Below, in pieces: positions 18,269-25,991 of a stretch of DNA of 64,000 nucleotides. How positions within the stretch are numbered: position 1 is the first letter of the stretch; every line of letters starts with the position of its first letter. The translations under genes were made by a program, and so were the position numbers. The notes below the pieces were generated by a model. The model was given only the letters and a program-made list of their open reading frames with translations. It was not told the DNA's origin and searched no databases. The stretch lies in assembly GCA_036229005.1 (NCBI GenBank), contig JAZAMN010000064.1, positions 1 through 64,000 on the forward strand. Direction: 5' to 3'. The stretch is from Myxococcota bacterium. GTDB lineage: Bacteria > Myxococcota_A > UBA796 > CAJQPC01.

Positions 18269-20047
18269 TCAGCCCTCGTCCTCGTCGAACCCCGCCCGGT
18301 ACAGCGCCGCGTAGTGGCCGTCCTGGGCGAGCAGCTCTTGGTGGGTGCCGACCTCGACCACCCGGCCGGCGTTCATCACGACGATGCGGTCGGCCTTGGT
18401 GATGGTGCTCAGGCGGTGCGCGATGACCAGGGTGGTCTTGCGCTCCAGGATGCGCTCGGTGGCGGACTGGATCAGGGCCTCGGTGACGGGGTCCACGCTG
18501 GCGGTGGCCTCGTCCAGGATGACGACGGGGGCGTCGTAGGCCATGGTCCGGGCGAAGCTCAACAGTTGGCCCTGGCCGACGGAGAGGTTGGCGCCGCGCT
18601 CGGTGAGCACGGTGTCCCAGCCCCTGGGGGTGGCGTCCACCACGCGGTCGGCGTTGACCAGGGCCGCGGCGGACTCCAGGGCGGATTGGTCGATGCGCGG
18701 GTTGTCCAGGCTGACGTTGAAGCGCACGGTCTCCGGGAAGAGCTGCACGTCCTGACGCACGCGGGCCACGGCCTTGCGCACCGAGTCCAGCCGCAGCTCG
18801 CGCAGCTCGACGCCGTCCAGGGTGATGCGCCCGGAGTAGCCGTCGTAGACTCGGGAGAGCAGGCGGGTGAGGGTGGTCTTGCCGCAGCCGGTGCTGCCGA
18901 CGATGGCGACGGCCTCGCCGGGGTGGATGTGCAGGTCGATGCCCTTGAGGACCTGGTGCTCGGGCCCGGGGCGGTAGCCAAAGCGGACGTCCTCGAAGAC
19001 GATCTCGCCGCGCACGTTGTCCAGGGACTGGGTGCCGTCAGCGATGGCCTCGTCGGCGTCGAGCAGGTCGGTGATCTTCTCCAGGGCCGCGCCGGCGCGC
19101 TGGATGATGGCGACCTTGCCCGAGAACTCGCGCAGGGGCCGGAAGAGGCGGTTGAGGTAGTCGATGAAGGCGACCAGCAGGCCCGCGGTGATGCCGGCCT
19201 CGGCCCGCCCGGTGGCGTACCAGAGCATCAGGGCGATGCACACGCTGCCGATGCCGTCGACCGCCGCGTACATAAGCGCGTCGAAGATGTTCGAGCGGAC
19301 CGTGGCGTCCTTGTACTCGGTGTTGCGGGTGATGAACCCGTCCAGGCTGCGCTCTTCGTGGGAGAAGAGCTGCACGACCTCCATGCCGGCGACCTGCTCG
19401 GCCAGGTAGGCGTTGACCACCGAGAGGCTGGAGCGGACCTTGGTGTAGGTCTCGCGCAGGTGCTTGCGGCAGAAGTTGATGACCAGCGCCAGGGGAGGGG
19501 CCACGGCGAAGAGGAGGAGGGTCATCTGCCACTGCAGCATGAACATCGCCACCAATACGCCGATGATTGTGAGCACATCGATGAGGATGGTGACCACGCC
19601 CGAGGACAGGGACTCGCCGAGGGCCTCGATGTCCGAGGTCGCCCGGGTGAGCATCGCCCCCGCCGGCCGCTTGTCGAAGAAGCTGGAGGAGCGGGAGAGC
19701 AGGTGCTCGACCACGTGCCGCCGCAGGCGCTTGACCGTGTGCTGGCCCGCGATGGACAGGGCGATCTGGAAGCCCGCGCTCACGAAGTAGGACAGGAACA
19801 CCGCGGCCAGGTAGGCGCCGGCGACCTTGGGGAGGGTGTCCAGGCCCCAGGCGCTGGCCTGACCGGCGCCGGTGCCCTCGATGTGCTCTTCGATCGCCGC
19901 CTTCATCAGCCAGGGCTGGGCCAGGGAGATGGCCGTCGACAGGGGCGTGAGCAGGAAGGCCAGGCCAAAGAGCCCCGCGGAGGGCTTGGCGAAGGGCCAG
20001 ATCCGCTTGAGGATGCCGGCCGCGCTCAGGGGGACGCGCTCGCTCAT
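18269..20047 (-). CDS. ABC exporter, TMD-NBD half transporter (MdlB-like)
   Basis: TMD plus GSTGCGKTT, LSVGQGQ (degenerate signature), ILDEATAS, IAHRLST. ATG 20047 overlaps the partner's stop. Confidence 0.92.
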   Translation of the reverse strand: MSERVPLSAAGILKRIWPFAKPSAGLFGLAFLLTPLSTAISLAQPWLMKAAIEEHIEGTGAGQASAWGLDTLPKVAGAYLAAVFLSYFVSAGFQIALSIAGQHTVKRLRRHVVEHLLSRSSSFFDKRPAGAMLTRATSDIEALGESLSSGVVTILIDVLTIIGVLVAMFMLQWQMTLLLFAVAPPLALVINFCRKHLRETYTKVRSSLSVVNAYLAEQVAGMEVVQLFSHEERSLDGFITRNTEYKDATVRSNIFDALMYAAVDGIGSVCIALMLWYATGRAEAGITAGLLVAFIDYLNRLFRPLREFSGKVAIIQRAGAALEKITDLLDADEAIADGTQSLDNVRGEIVFEDVRFGYRPGPEHQVLKGIDLHIHPGEAVAIVGSTGCGKTTLTRLLSRVYDGYSGRITLDGVELRELRLDSVRKAVARVRQDVQLFPETVRFNVSLDNPRIDQSALESAAALVNADRVVDATPRGWDTVLTERGANLSVGQGQLLSFARTMAYDAPVVILDEATASVDPVTEALIQSATERILERKTTLVIAHRLSTITKADRIVVMNAGRVVEVGTHQELLAQDGHYAALYRAGFDEDEG

Positions 20048-21819
20048 GACTGCACCCCCTCGGGCTGAGTGTCTGCCGGGGCCTGGTTGGGGTCGGGCAG
20101 GTCGTTCTGGCTGGCCCAGGCCTCGCGGTAGGGGCCCGGCCGCTCCAGCAGCTCGGCGTGGGTGCCCTGATCCACCAGACGGCCCTCGTCCAGCACCAGC
20201 ACGTGGTCGGTGCGGGCCAGAGCGCTCATGCGGTGGGAGACCAGCACGATGGTGGGGCGCTCCCCCTGTCGGCCGATGCTCTGGAAGGTGTCGATCAGCC
20301 GCTGCTCGGTCTCCTGGTCCACCGCGGAGAGCACGTCGTCCAGCAGGATGATGCGGGCCTCCCGGTACAGGGCGCGGGCCAGGGCCGTGCGCTGCCGCTG
20401 GCCGCCAGAGAGCATGATGCCGCGCTCGCCGACCACCGTCTCCAGGCCTTCGGGGAGGGCCTTGAGGTCCTCGGACAGGCTGGCCAACCGCGTGGCCTGC
20501 TGGACCCCCTCCGGATCGGGCGGACCCATGGCCACGTTCGAGGAGATGCTGGCCGAGAACAGAAAGGGCACCTGGGGGGCGACGGCCAGGGCGTCGCGCC
20601 ACTGGCCCAGATCCAGGCTGCGGATGTCCCGGCCGCCCACCAGCAGGGCGCCCTCCGGTGGGTTCATGCTGCGGGTCAGCAGGCGCAGCAGGGTGCTCTT
20701 GCCAGCGCCGGTGCGCCCGTAGATCCCCAGGGTGCTGCCGCCGCGGATGTGGGCGCTGATGTCATGCAGCGCCGGCGCGTCTTCGCCCGGGTAGGTGAAG
20801 CTCAGGTCCCGCAGCTCGATGTCCGGGGCCTGCTCGGGGGGCGCCTCGCCGACGGCGCCTTCGGGGCGCTCGGGCTCGGCGTAGAGCACCTCGTCGATGC
20901 GCACCAGGCTGGTGTAGGCGCGCTGCACCACGCTCGCGAGCCAGCCCAGGGACATCAGGGGCCAGAGGAGCTGGGCGATGAAGGTCACGAACGCCACCAG
21001 CACGCCCACGGTGACCTCGCCGCTGCGGGCCATGGGGCCGCCGACCACCAGCAGCACGTAGACGCAGGCGGAGCCCGCCAGCCCCAGCACCGGCATCAGC
21101 GTGGAGCGCAGCCAGGCCAGGGAGATGTTGGTGTGCATGTAGCGGCTGTTGTCCGCCTCGAAGCGCTTGAGGAAGGCCGGCTCCGCGGTGAAGTCCTGGA
21201 TGGTCTGCACGCCCTGCAGCAGCGACAGGATGCGGTTGGAGAGCGTGGAGAGCTCCTCCTGGGAGCGGCGGGTCAGCCGGTGCATGGCGAACACGCCGGC
21301 CTGCATGACCACCAGTCCCACGAACACGGGCGCCAGGGTCAGCAGGGTCAGCTTGGGGCTGAGCAGGTACATCTTGCGGCCGGTCAGGGCCAGGGCCATC
21401 GCCACGTTCGCGATCTGCAGGCCGCCGAAGCCGACCAGGGCCCGCACGAAGCTGATGTCATTGGTGGCCCGGGAGACGATGTCGCCCGCGGGGATCTTGG
21501 CGTAGAAGCTGGGCTGCAGCTTGGTCAGGTGCGCGAAGATGTCGTTCTTGAGGTGGAACTCCACCAGGCGCCCGGGGGTGAAGAAGAGCACCCGGGACAG
21601 GGTGCGCACGGCGATGACCGCGAGCCCCATCGCGCCGATGGCCAGCGCGGCGTTCCGCACGCCGTCCGGGTCCGTGCCCAGGGCGTCGATGCCGGCGGCC
21701 ATGCGCAGCGGGATCTCCACCGCCAGCCAGTTGGTGGCGAACAGGAAGACCAGGGCGCCGATGTACCAGGTCCACAGGGGCGTCAGGTACTTCGCGAAGA
21801 AGCGGGTGAAGGTTCTCAA
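20044..21819 (-). CDS. ABC exporter, TMD-NBD half transporter (MdlA-like)
   Basis: GRTGAGKST, LSGGQRQR, LLDDVLSAVD (non-canonical Walker B of heterodimeric exporters), VSHRMS. Confidence 0.92.
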   Translation of the reverse strand: MRTFTRFFAKYLTPLWTWYIGALVFLFATNWLAVEIPLRMAAGIDALGTDPDGVRNAALAIGAMGLAVIAVRTLSRVLFFTPGRLVEFHLKNDIFAHLTKLQPSFYAKIPAGDIVSRATNDISFVRALVGFGGLQIANVAMALALTGRKMYLLSPKLTLLTLAPVFVGLVVMQAGVFAMHRLTRRSQEELSTLSNRILSLLQGVQTIQDFTAEPAFLKRFEADNSRYMHTNISLAWLRSTLMPVLGLAGSACVYVLLVVGGPMARSGEVTVGVLVAFVTFIAQLLWPLMSLGWLASVVQRAYTSLVRIDEVLYAEPERPEGAVGEAPPEQAPDIELRDLSFTYPGEDAPALHDISAHIRGGSTLGIYGRTGAGKSTLLRLLTRSMNPPEGALLVGGRDIRSLDLGQWRDALAVAPQVPFLFSASISSNVAMGPPDPEGVQQATRLASLSEDLKALPEGLETVVGERGIMLSGGQRQRTALARALYREARIILLDDVLSAVDQETEQRLIDTFQSIGRQGERPTIVLVSHRMSALARTDHVLVLDEGRLVDQGTHAELLERPGPYREAWASQNDLPDPNQAPADTQPEGVQS

Positions 21820-22133
21820 TGTTCGGGTTCCAGCAGTCCGTCGTCGGGGAACTCTTCCAGGTCTTCGTCGGCGGTGCGCTCGGCCCAGGTGCTGTCCAGG
21901 GGCCCCGTCGGGGCACTGTCCTCGTCTTCGGGGTCGAAGTAGGTGCCGGGGTCGTCTTCCGACTCTTCCGGGAGGTGGACCACGGTGCGCGAGGGCTCCA
22001 CAGGCCGCTCCTCTCCTGCCTCGCTGGACTCGGGCCAGTGCTCGTCCGGGCTCTCGGGGAGGGTGGCCTCGTCGACCAGCTCGACCGCGCGCGTGGGCTC
22101 GGCGAGGGGCCCGTCGGAGGATCTGGGGCTCAC
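21816..22133 (-). CDS. Highly acidic, probably disordered small protein
   Basis: GTG 22133 overlaps the globin stop and its own stop overlaps the ABC start (TTGA). D/E/P-rich and exactly fills the gap. Confidence 0.5.
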   Translation of the reverse strand: MSPRSSDGPLAEPTRAVELVDEATLPESPDEHWPESSEAGEERPVEPSRTVVHLPEESEDDPGTYFDPEDEDSAPTGPLDSTWAERTADEDLEEFPDDGLLEPEH

Positions 22134-22498
22134 TGGGCGCACTCCTGGCCGTTGGTCACCAGGGACTCCAGGCGGCGGTCGTGGTCCAGCCAACGCTCGA
22201 TGATGGCCTCGTCGGCGCCGTGCTCGCGCAGCACCGTGCGCAGGATGGCCAGCCGGCGACGAAAGTGCCCGGCGTTGATGGGGTGTGGCGCATGTGTGCT
22301 GCCCATGCCCCGGCCTGTGTAGCGGTGGGGGCCGCCCAGGTGGGCGCTGGCGAGCTGGAACTCCATCTCCTTGATGCGGGCCAGATCGTGGCCCTCGAAG
22401 AAGAAGCCCACGATGAAGTCGCCGGCCTCCCGGTCGATGAAGTCGTTGACGATGGCCCGCAGGCCGGGCTCGCCGCCCAGGGCCTCGTAGTCGCTCAT
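22130..22498 (-). CDS. Group I truncated (2/2) haemoglobin
   Basis: YEALGG, GFFFEG (PheCD1), LGGPHRYTG, GMGSTH (proximal His), INAGHF. Confidence 0.85.
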   Translation of the reverse strand: MSDYEALGGEPGLRAIVNDFIDREAGDFIVGFFFEGHDLARIKEMEFQLASAHLGGPHRYTGRGMGSTHAPHPINAGHFRRRLAILRTVLREHGADEAIIERWLDHDRRLESLVTNGQECAQ

Positions 22499-23127
22499 GC
22501 CGTTTCCAGGGTGCTGTCGGTCACGCGGAAGTAGGCCAGATCGATGTTGGAGATGCGCTGGCGAGCTGGCTCCAGGTGCTCGGGGGGCAGGCCCTGCGCG
22601 GCCGCCGGGGTGAGCAGGATCTCCCCCGTCTCGGCGATGTCTTCGCCCAGCTTGGAGGCCCGGTTGACCTCGTCCCCGAAGAAGTCGTGGCCGTCGATGT
22701 CCAGGATGGGTCCGTAGCCGATGCCGATCGCCAGGGAGATCCGGGAGTCGGGCACGCGGTCCGCTGCGTCCTTGGCGCAGGCCGCTCGCATCGCGATCGC
22801 CGCCATCAGGGCCTGCCGGGAGTCGGGGAACACCGCGAACAGGTTGTCCGCCTCGGCCTTGACGAGCCGCCCGCCGCACTCCTCGATCTGCGGAACGCAC
22901 AGCGTGTGCATGCGCTGGATCAGCGCCAGGAAGTGGATGATCCCCCGCTGCTCGGTGATCCGCGAGAAGCCGCTCATGTCGGAGATCAGCACCGCCAGTG
23001 GCCTCTGGAAGCGCGCGCGAATGCGCTCGTCGATCGCCTCCTGCTGCTTGGGGTCGCTGTGGCTGTTCCGCTCGGCCAGCAGGCCCTGGAGCTCGAGCAA
23101 GGCGGTGGGGTGCTGCATGTCTCTCAC
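22495..23127 (-). CDS. Stand-alone class III adenylate/guanylate cyclase
   Basis: LISDMSGFSR, VKAEADNL, IGIGYG, DFFGDEVNRASKL, GEILLT. Start may be ATG 23118. Confidence 0.88.
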   Translation of the reverse strand: MRDMQHPTALLELQGLLAERNSHSDPKQQEAIDERIRARFQRPLAVLISDMSGFSRITEQRGIIHFLALIQRMHTLCVPQIEECGGRLVKAEADNLFAVFPDSRQALMAAIAMRAACAKDAADRVPDSRISLAIGIGYGPILDIDGHDFFGDEVNRASKLGEDIAETGEILLTPAAAQGLPPEHLEPARQRISNIDLAYFRVTDSTLETA

Positions 23128-23263
23128 CTCTACCCAGCCCCCCTAACCCCTCGGTCCGGCGCGCCCGAGCGGGATCCGCTCTCCGGGAAAGCCTCCATTT
23201 CAATGGGACTTGCGACCCTTGTCGTGCTATGTCACGATTTGTCATGAGGCCCGGAGGCCCCCG

Positions 23264-23440
23264 ATGAGACCGCAAAGCTCCCTGACGCGCCGCGCCCGCA
23301 AGGCCGCCACGTCCATCGAGTACGCCCTGATCGCCGGGGTGGTGAGCGTCGGGATCATCGTCTCCCTGAACGCCTTCGCCGGCGCGCTCTCCAACCTGTG
23401 GCTCACCACCGCGTCCACGGTCGTTCAGAACATCGACTGA
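23264..23440 (+). CDS. Flp/Fap type IVb pilin
   Basis: RRARKAATSIEYALIAGVVSVGIIVSL Flp motif; GGAGG upstream of ATG 23264. Confidence 0.8.
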   Translation: MRPQSSLTRRARKAATSIEYALIAGVVSVGIIVSLNAFAGALSNLWLTTASTVVQNID

Positions 23441-23542
23441 TCGAACGCTGAGGCAAGCGCGGCCCCTCGCAACCGGCGATGACTTTGTGCTGGTCGCTGG
23501 CGCTGGTGACAGCACGACTTGCGGGGAGCTGTGCGCGCTTTT

Positions 23543-23766
23543 GCGGAGCTACGGGGTGTCAGAGCGCGCATTCGCGGAGCTACGGGGTGTCAGTGCGCGC
23601 ATTCGCGGAGCTACGGGGTGTCAGTGCGCGCTCTGGACCGGAACTCCGCGCACTCAGATGCCGTAGCTCAAGAAAGACGCGCACTCAGCCCCCGTAGCTC
23701 AAGAAAGACGTGCACTCAGCCCCCGTAGCTCAAGAAGGACGCGCACTCAGCCCCCGTAGCTCAAGA
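23543..23766. repeat. Head-to-head arrays of a 31-bp unit (3 forward + 4 inverted copies)
   Basis: GCGGAGCTACGGGGTGTCAGTGCGCGCATTC at 23543/23574/23605 and CGCGCACTCAGCCCCCGTAGCTCAAGAAAGA at 23647/23678/23709/23740. Shared core GAGCTACGGGG..AGTGCGCG in opposite orientations. Confidence 0.9.
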
Positions 23767-23768
23767 GC

Positions 23769-24440
23769 GGGGCGTTATCGCGGGCGGGGGCCGGCCACCG
23801 GAGACTCGACCGGCGATGCCCTCCTGCCCGTGACTGCTCGCAGCGCGACCTGCGCGAGCCGCCGGTCCGGACCCAGCACCGCGACCGGCGATGCCCTCCT
23901 GCCCGTGACTGCTCGCAGCCGACCTGCGCGAGCCGCCGGTCCGGACCCAGCACCGCGAACGGGCCACGACTCTCCGCGCGCCAACGGCACCCCGACCCCG
24001 TGAAAGCCCCGGCGTCATGCCGGTTCCCGGTCGCCAGTCGCCGGTCGCCGCGGACAAAGCCAGCCCCTCCTGCCCACCGATACCCGATACCCGATACCCG
24101 ATACCCTCCAACCGACCTCCTTCGGGTCGGCCGCCGCACCAAGCGCCACGCTCACCTCAGTTGGAGGGGCGCTATCGCGGGCGGGGGCCGGCCACCGCCG
24201 ACTCTACCGGCGATGCCCTCCTGACTGGTCGCAGCCGACCTGCGCGAGCCGCCGGTCCGGACCCAGCACCGCGAACGGGCCCCGACTCTCCGCGCGCCAA
24301 CGGCACCCCGACCCCGTGAAAGCCCCGGCGTCATGCCGGTTCCCGGTCGCCAGTCGCCAGTCGCCGCGGACAGAGCCAGCCCCGCCTGCCCACCGATACC
24401 CGATACCCGATACCCGATACCCGCCCCCCTCCAACCGACG
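23769..24440. repeat. Two direct copies of a MITE/REPIN-like dispersed repeat ending in (TACCCGA)n
   Basis: Copies start GGGGCG(T/C)TATCGCGGGCGGGGGCCGGCCACCG at 23769 and 24166. Both contain CCGGCGTCATGCCGGTTCCCGGTCGCCAGTCGCC and a TACCCGA heptamer run. Copy 1 has an internal duplication. Confidence 0.88.
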
Positions 24441-24479
24441 CCCGCCCATCACCCGCCAAGGGGCGATTAAGGGGCAGAC

Positions 24480-25991
24480 GTGCTGCTCCTGACCGCGCTG
24501 GCCCTGCTCTGCTCCGCGCTGACCCCCGTCGGGTCGGCCGCCGCGCCGAGCGCCACGCCCACCGAGCGCGTGCTGGCCCACACCGAGACCCTGCTGTCCT
24601 TCGGGCCGCGTGAACACGGAACGCCCGGGGAGCAGCGGGCCTTGAGCTGGATCTCGGGGCGCCTGGAGGCCGCTGGGTACACCCCCACACTCCAGGGCGA
24701 TCCAGGCGTGCTGTGGGCTTGTACCGCCGGCGAGGTGCAACCGGGCGCGATCTGGTTCCTGGCCCACCCGGACTCGGTGTCCTCGTCTGTGCCCGGGGCC
24801 GTCGACAATGCTGTGGGGGTCGCGGCTCTGGTGGTGCTGGCAGAGGATCTGGCCACCCTCCCGCCTCCCTCCCAGGTCTGCGTGGCCTTCCCCCGCGCCG
24901 AGGAGCTGGGGCTGGTCGGCAGCATCCAGTGGGTCGCCACCACGCCGCCGCCGGAGCCCGGGCTGGTGGTCGCGCTGGATCTCGTCGGGCAGGGCCAGCT
25001 CTCGGCCACCGGGCTGGGGCCCCGCTTCGGGGACGACGCCATCGCCTGGCTCGCGGGCTTCGACCGGGTGGAGCAGCCGGTGGCCTACCGAATCGTGAGC
25101 CGAAAGCTGGGCATCGAGCGCTCGGACCACGGGGCCTTCCGGCACACCCAGGTGCCCGCGATGCACCTGCTGGGGCGGGGGCGCTCGGGGATCTACTGGG
25201 CCTACCACTCGCCCGCGGACGGCCTGGAGCAGGTGGAGCCGCAGGCGGTCGAGGACCTGATGGAGACCCTCTCCCACATGTCCCGGACGCGCCCGCTGCC
25301 GCAGCCCGGCGCCGAGGCCGCGGTCAAGCTCCCGCACCTGGGCTTCGTGCTCCCCGGCGGCCTGGTGTGGCTGCTCTGGGGCGGGGGGCTCATCGCGGCT
25401 GCGGGGGGCTGGCGGGGCTGGCGCAGCGCGGGGGTGGCGCTGGGGGTGAGCGCGGCCGGCACGGCGATGGGCGCGGGGCTGTGGGCCATCGGAGCGCTGG
25501 GCCGGGTACAGCACGCGGCGCTGGCGACCCCCCTGACCCTGGTCTGGCTGCTGACCCTGGCGGCGGCGACCTGGGCGGCCCCCCACAGCCGGAGAGCGGG
25601 GGAGGGCGCGGCGCTGGCCTTTGGGATCCTGGCCCTCCCGGCGGGCCTCTTCGACCCCATCCTGGGCGTGTGGCTGTCCCTGGGGGCCCTGGGCCTCGCG
25701 CTCACCCGCTACCGCCCCATCGGTGGCGTGCTGGGGCTGGGTGTGCCGGTGTTCCTGTGCCTGCCGAGCACCTGGCGTGAGCTGGTCTTCCACCACCTGC
25801 TCCCCCCGCAGGGGCTGGTCTACATGCCGGTGCGCGCCCTGGTGTGCTGGCCGGTGGTGGCGCTGGGCCTCTCCATTCCTCGCTGGCGCCGAGGTCCCGT
25901 GTTGATGTTGGCCAGCGCCCTGGTGATGTTGGTGGTGAGCCTGCTCATGCCGGCCTGGAGCGCCGCCTTTCCTCCCCTGGAGACCCCGTGA
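24480..25991 (+). CDS. M28-family peptidase with multi-TM C-terminus
   Basis: AHPDS, GAVDNAVG, AEELGLVGS, LDLVG, SDHGAF, YHSPAD metal ligands, followed by hydrophobic helices. Confidence 0.85.
   Translation: MLLLTALALLCSALTPVGSAAAPSATPTERVLAHTETLLSFGPREHGTPGEQRALSWISGRLEAAGYTPTLQGDPGVLWACTAGEVQPGAIWFLAHPDSVSSSVPGAVDNAVGVAALVVLAEDLATLPPPSQVCVAFPRAEELGLVGSIQWVATTPPPEPGLVVALDLVGQGQLSATGLGPRFGDDAIAWLAGFDRVEQPVAYRIVSRKLGIERSDHGAFRHTQVPAMHLLGRGRSGIYWAYHSPADGLEQVEPQAVEDLMETLSHMSRTRPLPQPGAEAAVKLPHLGFVLPGGLVWLLWGGGLIAAAGGWRGWRSAGVALGVSAAGTAMGAGLWAIGALGRVQHAALATPLTLVWLLTLAAATWAAPHSRRAGEGAALAFGILALPAGLFDPILGVWLSLGALGLALTRYRPIGGVLGLGVPVFLCLPSTWRELVFHHLLPPQGLVYMPVRALVCWPVVALGLSIPRWRRGPVLMLASALVMLVVSLLMPAWSAAFPPLETP

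Noticed and set aside
22495..23127. Pycsar/CBASS-type defence cyclase
   Set aside because: No TIR, TM or cNMP-binding effector is adjacent, the specificity residues look ATP-type, and it lies outside the defence island.
23543..23766. CRISPR array
   Set aside because: Units are contiguous with near-identical 8-bp linkers, there are no unique spacers and no cas genes.
23479..24334. Short ORFs across the first repeat cluster
   Set aside because: Repeat-derived low-complexity translations with no codon bias or motifs.
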